The notes: a model not told the origin generated them from the sequence alone. A stretch of DNA of 64,000 nt from Abditibacterium sp. (GCA_965199495.1 CBDASK010000003.1:3456001-3520000), one strand, 5' to 3'; shown: positions 1 through 10,090, counted from the first letter of the stretch. Translations and numbers: made by a program.

Positions 1-5
1 TTTTG

Positions 6-123
6 GGTGACAAGTGACAGGTAGTAAGTTTCAGGTGAAAGCGGGTTGCGAAGTCGAAGTTACGCGTGAGCTTTCGCGTGCGGTAACTCACTTGATACTT
101 GCCACCTGACACTTGTCACCTGA
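6..123. repeat. Imperfect inverted repeat built from heptamer units (GTGACA(A/G)-like)
   Basis: ggtgacaagtgacaggtagtaagtttcaggtga at about 6-38 is mirrored by tcacttgatacttgccacctgacacttgtcacc at about 88-120. Confidence 0.6.
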
Positions 124-132
124 TCCTGCCGT

Positions 133-1935
133 TTATCGTCGTTGGAATTCGGGCGAACCCAGAATCAGCGCGCGGACTTTGGCGCCGTCGCCGGGAGTGG
201 TCTTAATTTCGTCTTGAATTGTCGAAAGCGATTGTGCGCTGAGCGGCGCGCTGAGCAGGTTGTCGGCGACAGTAGCCACGTCGGTGTTGCGGAAGGTATC
301 TTTTTCGATGGCGACATCGCCGATGCGGCCCGTCGTCAGCGACAAAGCGAAGTTGAGGCGCGAAATCAAGGCGCTCGACGAAACCCATTCCTGCGAGTTT
401 TCGGGGTAACCCGTCGGCGCCTGATAGCCCCACAACGGCTGGCCCATCGTCGCGATTTCTGAAGCGAGCGGGCGGCGCGGCAGGTTGCCGCGATTGTTGC
501 TGCGGTCGCGCGAGGAAAGTCCGATTAAAGTCAGCCACTGCCGTTGGCGCGGGTTGTCGGGGTCGGGCAGGGCGAAGGTGCCATCGAGCGCGCGCACCGC
601 AGAAACCGCGAATTCGAGCGGCGACTTGATTTTGGAACGATATGCGCCTTTCGAGTTGAATTCGGGCGTGGCAAAAAGCGCCGCGTAAACCGTTTTCAAA
701 TCGCCGCCCGAATCGGTGAACGACTTGGCGACGGCGTCAACGGCGGATTGGGGCGGCGCGTCGGCGATGAATCGCTGGCACAACTGAAACGCGATATGCT
801 TGGCCGTGGCTGGATTTGAGGCCAGAATATCCAAAACCATTTCGCCATCTTTCTGCCCTCCGCCAGCGGGAATGGTGTGGCCCAACACGGTTTTTGCGCC
901 GTTATCGTGCGCGAAGGGACGGAACATAAAGTTCCCATCTTGACCAACGCTCCAACCGGTGAAACAGCGCGCCACTTCGGTCACGTCCTGCTGCGTGTAA
1001 CCGCCATCAACGCCCAGCGTGTGCAACTCCATGATCTCGCGGCCATAATTTTCGTTGAGGCCGCCCGCTTTCTTTTTGACTTGCTGTTTGCCTTGCAAAC
1101 CGCGCTGGCCGCGTCTGGCGTTGACCCGCGTCGCGTTATCGGCGGTCGAGGTGGCGTTATCCAAATAAACCATCATCGCCGGGCTGTGGGCCGAGGCGCC
1201 CAGCAGTTCGCGAAACGAGGTGAAAACGTGCGGGCGAATCGTAGCGCGGTCATCGAGCAATTTGAGCGCGCTGACCTGCTTTTTGTTCACGTCGAGATTG
1301 AAGTGATTGCTCCAAAAGTCCACCAAAACTTCCTGCAACTGCCGCTTGGAATCGGTGGCGCGCGCCAGTTTGGCGGCGCTGAGTTCGCCTATCGCCTGAT
1401 ACAAAGTGCCGGGGTCTATACCGGCGGCCTGCATATCTTTGATCGTCTGCTCTTCGCGCTCGTTGAGAACCGTGGGCTTTTGCTGGCCCGGCGTGGCTGC
1501 TTGCCCGCCAGCGACGCGTTGCTGCTCCTGAATCGCGCGCCGGATTTTGCCGTTGTAGCCTCGATAGGCCAACAACAAATAATCGGGCGTCTGGCTCAAC
1601 AATTTGAGCGTGCCAAGTTCCGCGTCCAGCGCGCTATCGTCAATCGAACCGGCGTTGATTTGCCCGTTAATCCAACGATCCAATCCCATTTGCTTAACAG
1701 CAGCCACGTCGCCGGGACGCGGCCCAAACGTCAGACGATTGATCGCGTTGAGAATTTTCTCGTCGCCCATCAACGGCGCTTGCCACTTCGCGTCGGTGGA
1801 AAGGTTCGCCGCGTTCATCGCCGGAGCTTTTTGACCGGACGCTTTGGCGACAGGCTTGGGCGCGGCCCAGACCAGAGCGGGCGCAAAGGCCGCGCTCAGC
1901 AAAGCGGCTCGGAGCAAAAAAGAAGGACGTTTCAT
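133..1935 (-). CDS. DUF1800 family exported protein
   Basis: Signal peptide plus motifs NRLTFGPRPG, FWSNHFN, SPAMMVYLDN, NENYGREIMELHTLG and LILGSPEFQRR. Start placed at MKRPS. Confidence 0.88.
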   Translation of the reverse strand: MKRPSFLLRAALLSAAFAPALVWAAPKPVAKASGQKAPAMNAANLSTDAKWQAPLMGDEKILNAINRLTFGPRPGDVAAVKQMGLDRWINGQINAGSIDDSALDAELGTLKLLSQTPDYLLLAYRGYNGKIRRAIQEQQRVAGGQAATPGQQKPTVLNEREEQTIKDMQAAGIDPGTLYQAIGELSAAKLARATDSKRQLQEVLVDFWSNHFNLDVNKKQVSALKLLDDRATIRPHVFTSFRELLGASAHSPAMMVYLDNATSTADNATRVNARRGQRGLQGKQQVKKKAGGLNENYGREIMELHTLGVDGGYTQQDVTEVARCFTGWSVGQDGNFMFRPFAHDNGAKTVLGHTIPAGGGQKDGEMVLDILASNPATAKHIAFQLCQRFIADAPPQSAVDAVAKSFTDSGGDLKTVYAALFATPEFNSKGAYRSKIKSPLEFAVSAVRALDGTFALPDPDNPRQRQWLTLIGLSSRDRSNNRGNLPRRPLASEIATMGQPLWGYQAPTGYPENSQEWVSSSALISRLNFALSLTTGRIGDVAIEKDTFRNTDVATVADNLLSAPLSAQSLSTIQDEIKTTPGDGAKVRALILGSPEFQRR

Positions 1936-2160
1936 GGGCATCTCGCGGAAATTACCGCTTGCGCCTCGTCGTCCGACCAAAAAAGAAAGCGTTGCCCGGT
2001 GAGGAGAGATCACCGGACAACGCCAGCACCCTAAGACTATCTTTCAGTCCGATAGGTTGCGCATTGTCAAGTAATCTTGGCAAAAATCCTTTAATAGGTG
2101 AGACGAGAAATTGAGGCGTTTTAAAATGGGCTATTTATAGTATCAGCCCGCCGCTATTTT

Positions 2161-2607
2161 CTACTGCGCGCCATTGGCCATCGGTTGGGCGTTGCCCGTG
2201 GCTGGTGTCGCCGGAGCTGCGGGCGTCATTTTGTTTTTGCCGCCGGGCTTATCTATGGCTTTGGCCTGATCTTGCGTCAGTCCAGTCGCCTGCGCCATCG
2301 CCGCATAAAAAGTTTCGTTGGCCGCTTTGACGGCGGCTTCGCGGGCGCGCAGAGCGGTCGTCAATTGGTCTTTGACTTCGGGCGTTAGCGGTTTGCCGGT
2401 TTGAGCTTCAATGGCTTTGGCCATGCGGGGCGTCAGTTTTTTGCCCTGCTTTTTGCCCGCGCCCGCGCGCTTGCCAGCTTTTCCAGCTTTGCCAACATTG
2501 GGCGCGGGCGCTTCGGGTTGGGCATACGAGGTTTGGGCGAAACCCAACGCGCCAAGCGCGATGGTGGCGACCAACAGACGGGGCGCGAAATTGCGTGTAT
2601 TTTTCAT
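2161..2607 (-). CDS. Secreted helical protein, possibly Spy/CpxP-like
   Basis: Signal peptide ending SYA-Q; LTPEVKDQ and LTQDQ resemble LTxxQ motifs. Confidence 0.6.
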   Translation of the reverse strand: MKNTRNFAPRLLVATIALGALGFAQTSYAQPEAPAPNVGKAGKAGKRAGAGKKQGKKLTPRMAKAIEAQTGKPLTPEVKDQLTTALRAREAAVKAANETFYAAMAQATGLTQDQAKAIDKPGGKNKMTPAAPATPATGNAQPMANGAQ

Positions 2608-2644
2608 GCTAATTTGGAAAGAGAAACTAACGACTCACCTGCTC

Positions 2645-2672
2645 TTTGATGATTGCAATAAGTGATGGTTCC
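2645..2672 (-). promoter_or_regulatory. Putative ECF (RpoE-type) promoter GGAAC-N18-TCAAA
   Basis: Minus strand reads GGAAC catcacttattgcaatca TCAAA, about 40 nt upstream of the 2607 start. Confidence 0.45.
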
Positions 2673-2757
2673 GGCCCGAAAGGCCCGCGTAATAAAAGTT
2701 CAGATTAAGCGCGCTGGCAAAGTTTAAGAAGTTCCTTTTTTAGTTCAATTTCTCTGT

Positions 2758-2775
2758 TTGTGAAATTTTTCCCAA
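2758..2775. promoter_or_regulatory. Rex operator, probably autoregulatory
   Basis: TTGTGAA-ATTT-TTCCCAA has one mismatch to the consensus TTGTGAA-N4-TTCACAA and lies about 80 nt upstream of rex. Confidence 0.75.
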
Positions 2776-2857
2776 AGTCTGGCGCAAGGATTGTAAAATA
2801 AAGAGGGCGCGCTCTTTTGCAGCTGTGGGCGCGCCGTTGTTTTTGCAGGGAACACCA

Positions 2858-3502
2858 ATGGAAACCAGACCGCCCGACGGATTGACGCGCATTCCCGAAC
2901 CGACCATCGAGCGGCTGAGCGCCTATTTGCAATGCGTGCGCGTCTTGCGCGCCGAATCGCACGCCTCGGCTTCGAGCGCCGAAATCGCGCGGCGCACCGG
3001 CATTCACGCGGCGCAGTTGCGCAAGGATTTATCGTATTTCGGCGAGTTCGGCAAACCGGGTTTGGGCTACGATTTGGCGGCGCTCGAAGCGCATCTGGCG
3101 CGCATCATGGGTTTGGACAAAGAGCGCGATGTGCTGTTGGTCGGCGCGGGCAACCTGGGGCGCGCGCTTTCGAGTTATACCGGATTCGGGCGGCGTGGCT
3201 TTCGCATTGTGGCGGCGTTCGATGTGGACGCGCACAAAGTCGGCGCCAAATTGGGCGAGTGTCCGGTTTACGATTTGGGCGAATTAAAACGCGTCAACGC
3301 GAAGTTGGGCGCCGAAGTCGGTATCGTAGCGGTTCCGACGGCGGCGGCGCAAGCAGCCACCGACGCCTTGGTGGAAGCGGGCGTGCGGGCGATTTTGAAT
3401 TTCGCGCCCACAACGGTCGAAGTGAGCGAGAAAATTACTGTGCGTAACGTTGATTTGACATCGCAGATGGAGATTCTTTCGTATTACTTACGGGTGGAAT
3501 AA
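2858..3502 (+). CDS. rex: Redox-sensing transcriptional repressor Rex
   Basis: IPEPTIERLSAY, QLRKDLSYFGEFGKPGLGY, VGAGNLGRAL and AILNFAP motifs. Confidence 0.96.
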   Translation: METRPPDGLTRIPEPTIERLSAYLQCVRVLRAESHASASSAEIARRTGIHAAQLRKDLSYFGEFGKPGLGYDLAALEAHLARIMGLDKERDVLLVGAGNLGRALSSYTGFGRRGFRIVAAFDVDAHKVGAKLGECPVYDLGELKRVNAKLGAEVGIVAVPTAAAQAATDALVEAGVRAILNFAPTTVEVSEKITVRNVDLTSQMEILSYYLRVE

Positions 3503-3585
3503 GGCGAGCGCGCCAATAACGAAGAGATGGGGCGCGGGCTTTGCGGCGAAACGCGCATAATTGGGATTAAATCCAAGAGTTGACA

Positions 3586-4920
3586 ATGAATCATTACACC
3601 AACGGAAACGGCGGGGCCGCTGGCGCAACCAACGGCGCGCAGGGCGAAACGGCAATCGAGCCGGGCGAAATCACGGCTCTTCTGGAGCCGCGTCCCGATT
3701 TGCATCGCGCGCTGGAAGAGGCCATCGAAATTTCGGCGCGTCGCGGCACCGCGCTCGCCGACGTTGTCAAAGCCAACACCATTAAACCCAACGGCATTAA
3801 GCCCGGCGTGGCTGCTTCCGACGGCCAAAAGAATAGCGCGAAGAACGGCGCGAAAAATACTGGCAAAGAAGCCGAATTCGCCACGCCCGTCCCGCATCGC
3901 GACAATCTGCCGCCCGAAGCGCTCGAAGGCATTCGCTCGGTGGACATCATGCAATCGCTGGCGCCCCTCGCGCCGCGCATGAAATCGGTCGAACGCGAAA
4001 TCGAGCGCATGATCACCACGCCGGTCAAACTCGTCGCCGACATCGCCGGGCACGTTCTGGGCGCGGGCGGCAAACGTTTACGCCCGGCGCTGGCTCTTTT
4101 GGCCGCGCAAATCTGCGGCGACGACGGCGATAATCCGGCGCCACGCGCCGTGACCTGCGCGTGTTTGGTCGAATTGACGCACACCACGACGTTGCTGCAC
4201 GACGACGTGGTTGATGGAGCGACAACGCGGCGCGGCAAGCCCGCCGCCAATTTGGTTTGGGGCAACGAAACCAGCGTTTTGGTCGGCGATTATCTATTCG
4301 CGCAGGTTTTCGTGACGGCCTCGCGGCGCGGCATCGCCGAATTGATGCACCCTTTGGCGCACGCGACGGCGCAAATGTGCGCGGGCGAATTGCTGGAAAC
4401 GCAAATGCGCGGCTTCTGGGAGATGAGCGACACGCAATATCTCGAAATCGTGGCTTTGAAAACCGGCTCGCTGACCGAATGCGCCACGCGCATGGGCGCT
4501 CTGGCGGTCGAAGCGAGCGAAGAGCAGGTCGAGGCGCTGGGCAATTTCGGGCGCTTCATTGGCGTCGCGTTTCAAATCGTGGATGACGTGTTCGACGTGA
4601 CTTCGACTTCGGACGAAATCGGCAAACCCGTCGGCAACGATTTACGCGAAGGCGCGATTACGCTGCCGATGTTGTGGACGCTCAAACATTCGCCCGACGC
4701 CGACGAACTGCGCGATATTTTAGCGAGCGAAGAAAAAGAAGACGCGCAGGTTGTGCGCGCGCTGGAAATCATGCGCGCGGGCGACGCCGTCACGCGCTCG
4801 CTGAAACTGGCGCGCGATTACACTGACAAAGCCAAAGCGCAATTAGATATTTTCCCCGACAGCGAAGCGAAAGTCATGTTCAACGACATCGCCGATTACG
4901 TGTTGTCGCGGGAGAAATAA
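3586..4920 (+). CDS. Long-chain polyprenyl diphosphate synthase (IspB/HepT-like) with N-terminal extension
   Basis: GGKRLRP, first aspartate-rich motif LLHDDVVD..RRG, KTG, second motif FQIVDD and GKPVGNDLREG. Confidence 0.92.
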   Translation: MNHYTNGNGGAAGATNGAQGETAIEPGEITALLEPRPDLHRALEEAIEISARRGTALADVVKANTIKPNGIKPGVAASDGQKNSAKNGAKNTGKEAEFATPVPHRDNLPPEALEGIRSVDIMQSLAPLAPRMKSVEREIERMITTPVKLVADIAGHVLGAGGKRLRPALALLAAQICGDDGDNPAPRAVTCACLVELTHTTTLLHDDVVDGATTRRGKPAANLVWGNETSVLVGDYLFAQVFVTASRRGIAELMHPLAHATAQMCAGELLETQMRGFWEMSDTQYLEIVALKTGSLTECATRMGALAVEASEEQVEALGNFGRFIGVAFQIVDDVFDVTSTSDEIGKPVGNDLREGAITLPMLWTLKHSPDADELRDILASEEKEDAQVVRALEIMRAGDAVTRSLKLARDYTDKAKAQLDIFPDSEAKVMFNDIADYVLSREK

Positions 4921-4924
4921 TTTA

Positions 4925-5022
4925 GGGGACAGGAGAAAAGGGAGACAGAAAACAGGGATAAGCGACATATCAAATGAAATTCGCCTCACCTGTCTCCCTT
5001 GTCTCTTGTCTTCCGTCTCCTT
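4925..5022. repeat. Heptamer-unit imperfect inverted repeat (GGAGACA-like)
   Basis: ggggacaggagaaaagggagacagaaaacagg is mirrored by cctgtctcccttgtctcttgtcttccgtctcc. Confidence 0.55.
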
Positions 5023-5027
5023 GTAAA

Positions 5028-5603
5028 ATGCTCACGGCCCATCGCGTTTTTAAACGCTATGAATCGCGTTTGGTTTTGCGCGATCTCAGCTTTGAAATCG
5101 CGCCCGGCAGTTGCGTGGCCGTGCTGGGGCCAAACGGCGCGGGCAAATCCACTTTATTGCGATTGGTCGCCGGATTATTAACGCCGTCGCGCGGCGAAAT
5201 CTTGTGGCGAGGTGCAGCCACGCGCGGCCAGTGCGCGCTTAGTGCGCCCGATGCGCCGGTTTATCGTGAGCTAAGTTGTCTGGAAAACCTCAAATTTTTT
5301 AGTGGCGGCGCCGACAACGAAGCGTTGAGAACTCATTTGTCGAATTGGAACTTGGGCCAGCGCGCCAACGATTTGGCGGGCGAACTGTCGTCGGGACTTC
5401 GCGCGCGCCTGGGTTTGGCCGTGGCTGCCTGGTTCGAGTCGCCGATTTTGTTATTAGACGAACCTTCGGCGAACTTGGACGAAGCCGGACGCGAACTCGT
5501 CCAAACGTTAATCGCGGCGCAACGCGCGCGCGGCGTGACGCTGTTGGCCACCAACGATGCGCGCGATTTGAGTTGGTGCGATGGCGAAGTGCGCGTGAGT
5601 TAG
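5028..5603 (+). CDS. ccmA: Heme exporter ATP-binding protein CcmA
   Basis: Walker A GPNGAGKST, LSSG signature, LLLDEP; lies upstream of ccmB and ccmC. Confidence 0.85.
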   Translation: MLTAHRVFKRYESRLVLRDLSFEIAPGSCVAVLGPNGAGKSTLLRLVAGLLTPSRGEILWRGAATRGQCALSAPDAPVYRELSCLENLKFFSGGADNEALRTHLSNWNLGQRANDLAGELSSGLRARLGLAVAAWFESPILLLDEPSANLDEAGRELVQTLIAAQRARGVTLLATNDARDLSWCDGEVRVS

Positions 5604-5620
5604 CGCGTTAAACTCGAATT

Positions 5621-6319
5621 GTGACTTCGACTTCCCCCAACGCTACGCTTCGCGCTTCGCCGGTTTGGTGGCGCGGCGCGTGGGCCGTCGCCGTCAAAGA
5701 TTTCCGCTCCGAATGGCGTTCGCGCGCCGCGTTTAATGCCATCGCGTTGTTCTCGCTCGCCGCGCCAGTCGCGCTGGGCTACGCTTTAACTAATCTCAAA
5801 CTCGAACCCGAAGTTTTGGGCGGATTGTTGTGGACGACCTTATTTTTCGCCGCGATGGTCGGTCTGCCGCGCGCGTTCGTCAAAGAAGAAGAGAGCGGCA
5901 CATCGGCGCTCTTACGTTTGCATTACAGCGCGCAATCGGTCTTGTGGGGCAAAGTGTTGGGACAATTGATTCTATTATTGTCCACGCAAATCGCGGCGGT
6001 GCCGTTGTTTTTGCTGTTGTTTAATGCCAAAGTCGCGCAGCCGTTTTCTTTGTTGGCGATTCTGATCGGCGGCGATATTGGTCTGGCGATTTCGTCGTGC
6101 ATCGTCGGCGCGATGGCGGCGCAGGCGCGCGCGCGCGGCGCATTGTTTCCGGCTTTGGCGGCGCCGCTTTTGTTGCCGCTTTTGGCGACGCTTTCGGTCG
6201 CGACGGGCTTTGCTTTTGGCGCGCGGGGCGATATTTGGCCCGCCATGAAAGTGATCTTGGCCTTCGACGTGGCTCTACTCGCGGCATCGTGGATTTTGTT
6301 CGATTTTGTCTGGGACTAA
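5621..6319 (+). CDS. ccmB: Heme exporter permease CcmB
   Basis: KDFRSEWRS, F.KEEESGT, LAAPLLLP; multiple transmembrane helices. Confidence 0.88.
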   Translation: MTSTSPNATLRASPVWWRGAWAVAVKDFRSEWRSRAAFNAIALFSLAAPVALGYALTNLKLEPEVLGGLLWTTLFFAAMVGLPRAFVKEEESGTSALLRLHYSAQSVLWGKVLGQLILLLSTQIAAVPLFLLLFNAKVAQPFSLLAILIGGDIGLAISSCIVGAMAAQARARGALFPALAAPLLLPLLATLSVATGFAFGARGDIWPAMKVILAFDVALLAASWILFDFVWD

Positions 6320-6429
6320 GCACCCGTAGAGACACCGACTTGTCGTGTCTAAAACGTTTTAATATCCACCTATTTACGTTTTAGACATCCGCCCAGGGGG
6401 CACCCGGTCGGTGTCTCTACGGGTGCTTA
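6317..6429. repeat. GTAG-type REPIN, family A, with insertion in the right arm
   Basis: CGTAGAGACACCGACTTGTCGTGTCTAAAACG ... CGTTTTAGACA[tccgcccagggggcacccg]GTCGGTGTCTCTACG. Confidence 0.8.
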
Positions 6430-6489
6430 CTTCCATATGCAAAAGCTGACAGCCAAAGCTCACCTAATTCGTCCAAACTATCAATTCTC

Positions 6490-7134
6490 ATGAATATCTT
6501 GATTGGAATCTGGATTACGATTTCCATCGTCGCGGCGTTTCTGGTGCCCGAAGTGCGCGAACTCAACGCGACGCCCATCGCGTTTTTTCATGTGCCGATG
6601 GCCATCACCATGTTCGGTTGCTTTTTCGCGGCGGCGTTTTGCGGCCTCTGTTGGCTTTCTTATCGCGATGAACGCTGGGACGCGTGGTCGCTGGCGTGGG
6701 GCGAAGTCGGTTTTGCCGCCGGTTGCATTACGTTTCTGACGGGACTTGTTTTCGCGGGCGCCAACTGGGGCGCCTATTGGACGGGGGATCCGCAGCAGGT
6801 CGGCGTTCTGGGCACTTTGATGCTTTATGCCGCGATGCTTTCGCTGCGCTCGGCGATTGACGACGACGGCAAAAAACGCAATTTCTGGGCGGTTTACTCG
6901 CTGTTTGGTCTGTTAGTCGCGTGCTTTGGCGGCTATATTTATAGTCGCATCGTGCCGCCCAACGCGAGTTTGCATCCCAACGGCACGCTCAAAAATTCGT
7001 CGGCGATTTATAAGTTCGTGTTTACTTTCAATATTCTCGGCTTTTTTCTGTTGATGAGCCGCATCACGTTCTTGCGTGCTAAGCTGGAACGCGTCAGCAA
7101 CCGTTTGCGCGAGTTGAGTTGGGAGGCGATTTAA
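6490..7134 (+). CDS. ccmC: Heme chaperone/exporter CcmC
   Basis: FFHVPMA, tryptophan-rich NWGAYWTGDP, SLHP second His; follows ccmB. Confidence 0.85.
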   Translation: MNILIGIWITISIVAAFLVPEVRELNATPIAFFHVPMAITMFGCFFAAAFCGLCWLSYRDERWDAWSLAWGEVGFAAGCITFLTGLVFAGANWGAYWTGDPQQVGVLGTLMLYAAMLSLRSAIDDDGKKRNFWAVYSLFGLLVACFGGYIYSRIVPPNASLHPNGTLKNSSAIYKFVFTFNILGFFLLMSRITFLRAKLERVSNRLRELSWEAI

Positions 7135-7136
7135 AA

Positions 7137-7298
7137 ATGGGAAACAAAGAAATGTTCGTTTTGGCCGTCACGCTGATAACGTGGGCGGGCGTGTTTGTAT
7201 ATTTGGTTCGTTTGGACGGCATCGCCAAAAAACTGGAGCGCGAATTAAAATATCGCGAGGAAGAAAAATCGCCCGTCGAATGGGGTGAGCGTCCTTAA
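7137..7298 (+). CDS. ccmD: CcmD family small membrane protein (53 aa, absent from the ORF track)
   Basis: Manual translation MGNKEMFVLAVTLITWAGVFVYLVRLDGIAKKLERELKYREEEKSPVEWGERP: one TM helix then a charged tail, starting 2 nt after ccmC. Confidence 0.75.
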   Translation: MGNKEMFVLAVTLITWAGVFVYLVRLDGIAKKLERELKYREEEKSPVEWGERP

Positions 7299-7334
7299 AA
7301 AGGATGCGCGATTTTATAGCGTAACTGAAAAATT

Positions 7335-7928
7335 ATGCTCCCCGTCGCCTTAAATCTTGCCAATCGCCGCGTGTTAATCGTCGGCGGCGGCGCCGTGGCT
7401 GCTCGCAAGGCGGCGGCGTGTTTAGATGCGGGCGCGCAGGTTTCGATTGTCGCGCCTGCTTTAATCGAAAATTTTCCAGCGCCCGTTGAACATCTCGCGC
7501 GCTCTTATCAACGCGGCGATTGCGCAAATTACGATTTGGTTTTCGCTGCCACCAACAGCAGCCACGTCAACCGACAAATCGGTGAAGAGGCGCGCAGTAA
7601 CAAGATTTGGTGCAACATCGCCGACGATCCCGAAGCGTCCGATTTTCATACGCAAAGCGTGGTGCGGCGCGGTCAAATCGAAATCGGCGTTTCGACCGGA
7701 CGTTTGAGTCCGGTTTTGGCGCGCCATCTGCGCGAGCGCATCGAAGCGGTCGTCGGGCCGGGATATGACGCGTTACAAACTCTGGCGAGCGAAATTGAAG
7801 TGCCGCTTGCCAAACGTGGCGAGTTCTGGCGCGCTGTTTTGAACAGCGAAGTTTTAGATTTACTGCGCGCCGGAAAAGACGAAACGGCGCGTGCGCGGCT
7901 TGGCGAACTGCTGGAAAAGGTAAAATAG
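7335..7928 (+). CDS. Precorrin-2 dehydrogenase/sirohydrochlorin ferrochelatase (SirC/CysG-N)
   Basis: LIVGGGAVAARK, VFAATN, CNIADDP..SDF, VSTGRLSP.LAR. Confidence 0.9.
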   Translation: MLPVALNLANRRVLIVGGGAVAARKAAACLDAGAQVSIVAPALIENFPAPVEHLARSYQRGDCANYDLVFAATNSSHVNRQIGEEARSNKIWCNIADDPEASDFHTQSVVRRGQIEIGVSTGRLSPVLARHLRERIEAVVGPGYDALQTLASEIEVPLAKRGEFWRAVLNSEVLDLLRAGKDETARARLGELLEKVK

Positions 7929-7943
7929 AACGCGCCCCCATTT

Positions 7944-9227
7944 ATGTTGCATCTGCTTGGACTGAACCACAAAACCGCGCCCGTCGAAGTGCGCGAGCGG
8001 TTCGCGTTGTCGGCGCCCCGGCAAATCGGGCACGCGCTGAGTTACGTGCGCGGCGTGGCTGGCATTCGCGAGGCGGCGATTTTATCCACTTGCAATCGCG
8101 TCGAGATTTACGCGTGGGGCGATGCCAACGCGGGCGCGCAGTTGCGCGCTTCGATGCACGATTATCACGAATTTGGACAAGGCGCGAGCGACGATATTTT
8201 TTATGCGCGCGCGGGCGATGACGCCGCCAATCATCTGTTTCGCGTCGCATCAGGTTTGGATTCGCTCGTTCTGGGCGAGGCCGAAATTTTGGGACAAGTC
8301 AAAGTCGCGCTGGAAAATTCGCGCTTCAACGGAAGCGGTGGCCCAGCTTTGGATGAACTGTTTCGGCGCGCCATCGGTTGCGGCAAACGCGCGCGCAGCG
8401 AAACCGCGATTTCGCGCGGCGGTTTGAGCGTGGGCGCGGCGGCGGTCGAACTGGCGCGTCAGATTTTCGGCGATTTGCGCGGGCGCACGGTTTTGATTTT
8501 GGGCGCCGGAAAAATGTCGGCGCGCGTGGCGCAGTGTCTGGTTTCGAGCGGCGCCCATCGCGTTTTGGTCGCCAATCGCACCTTCGAGCGCGCGCAGGAA
8601 TTGGCCCGCGAATTCAGCGACGCCAACGCGCCGTCGCACGCCGTGATGTGGGACGAATTTCCCGAAAAATTGGTCGAGGCTGATATTGTTATCGCCTCGA
8701 CGCGCGCGCCGCATTATGTCGTCACGCGCGAACAGATTGCGGCGGTCGCGCGCCGTCGCCGCCGCTCGTTGCTCTTAATTGACATCGCCGTGCCGCGCGA
8801 TATTGACCCTAAATGCAACGAGTTAGACGATGTGTTTTGTTTCGATATTGACGATTTGCAAGATGTCGTCGAGAACAATCGCGGCGGGCGCTCAGGCGAA
8901 GTGGCGGCTGTCGAGGCGATTATCGCGCAGGAAATCGAAAGTTGGAACGGTTGGACGCGCGCCCACGACGCGCGCCCGGTGATGGCGGCGCTGGCACGTA
9001 AAGCCGCTCAGGTGCGCGAAAACGAATTGGAAACGACGCTGGCCAAATTGTCTCATCTCAGCGACAAAGACCGCGCGGCTATCGAAGCGATGGCGCGCGC
9101 GATTTCGCAGAAAATCGTTCACGCGCCATTATCGCATTTGCGCAATGGCGGCGAGGCCGACGCCGAAATACTCGCGCGCGCCTTCGATTTAGGTGACGGA
9201 GCATCCGCGAGCGGAGGTGACGCGTAA
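7944..9227 (+). CDS. hemA: Glutamyl-tRNA reductase
   Basis: GLNHKTAPV, LSTCNRVE, GLDSLVLGEAEILGQ, GAGKM, DIAVPRD. Confidence 0.97.
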   Translation: MLHLLGLNHKTAPVEVRERFALSAPRQIGHALSYVRGVAGIREAAILSTCNRVEIYAWGDANAGAQLRASMHDYHEFGQGASDDIFYARAGDDAANHLFRVASGLDSLVLGEAEILGQVKVALENSRFNGSGGPALDELFRRAIGCGKRARSETAISRGGLSVGAAAVELARQIFGDLRGRTVLILGAGKMSARVAQCLVSSGAHRVLVANRTFERAQELAREFSDANAPSHAVMWDEFPEKLVEADIVIASTRAPHYVVTREQIAAVARRRRRSLLLIDIAVPRDIDPKCNELDDVFCFDIDDLQDVVENNRGGRSGEVAAVEAIIAQEIESWNGWTRAHDARPVMAALARKAAQVRENELETTLAKLSHLSDKDRAAIEAMARAISQKIVHAPLSHLRNGGEADAEILARAFDLGDGASASGGDA

Positions 9228-9228
9228 A

Positions 9229-10065
9229 ATGGAGTTTCTCGCGCGCGCCGAAGCGCCGTTATTAATGCTGTCGTGCGTAGCAGCCACGGCGGCGATGCTG
9301 TTGTTCTGGATTCAACTGTTATTGTGGCCCGCCGCTCAAAACGAAAGTCCGCGTTACAATCCTGCGCAAATCGGGCGCGTTTTGCTGTGGAGCGGTGCGG
9401 TTTTTCAATTGCTTTCCTTAGCCGGACAAGGCCCGGAATTGTTTATGCAACGCGCGGGCGTCGTCGGGTTGTTTGGCTGGATTTTGATCGTTTCCTATCT
9501 CGTCGGCGGCAAGCGATTGGGCGTGGGCAGTGGCGCTTTGGTCGCGTCGGTCGCGCTGTGCGCGTTGCTCTATTCGCTGGCGGCGCCGGTTCACCAGACG
9601 TGGGCGCCCGACGGCAATCTCGAAAGTTTTTGGCTGGCCACGCACGTTTTCCTCATCGTTGCCGCTTATGTCGCGCTCGCGTTCGCGTTCGTGGCGTCGT
9701 TGCTCTATTTAGTGCAGGAAGGTTTGCTCAAGCGCAAGAAATTGACGGGACTATGGCAAAAATTGCCATCGCTGGGCGCCGCCGACGAATGGATTTTTCG
9801 CGCGACCGCTTTTGGTGTGGCGCTACTGACTTTGGGTTTAATCACAGGCGTGGCGTTTTCGAGCGTGCAAATCGCGGGATACGCGCCCTTAGCGGATCCG
9901 AAAGTTTTGTTTTCGGGCGCGACTTGGGCGATCTTCGCGGCTTATCTCGTCACGCGTTGGCAATGGGGCTGGCACGGACGGCGCTCTAATCTGGTCGTGA
10001 TTTATGGTTTCGTCGTGCTGGCCGTTTCGTTTTTCGGCGTGCCACACTTGGTGCCGGGCGGCTAA
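9229..10065 (+). CDS. HemX/CcsA-like cytochrome c assembly family membrane protein
   Basis: WLATH, YLVQE..LK.K, LPSL, DPK, WHGRR; position between hemA and hemC matches the hemAXCD order. Confidence 0.8.
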   Translation: MEFLARAEAPLLMLSCVAATAAMLLFWIQLLLWPAAQNESPRYNPAQIGRVLLWSGAVFQLLSLAGQGPELFMQRAGVVGLFGWILIVSYLVGGKRLGVGSGALVASVALCALLYSLAAPVHQTWAPDGNLESFWLATHVFLIVAAYVALAFAFVASLLYLVQEGLLKRKKLTGLWQKLPSLGAADEWIFRATAFGVALLTLGLITGVAFSSVQIAGYAPLADPKVLFSGATWAIFAAYLVTRWQWGWHGRRSNLVVIYGFVVLAVSFFGVPHLVPGG

Positions 10066-10090
10066 TTGAAAGCGTCGTTGCTTTGCGTTC

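Noticed and set aside
877..2034. 385-aa plus-strand ORF
   Set aside because: Antisense shadow of the DUF1800 gene with no recognisable motifs; long shadow ORFs are expected at this GC content.
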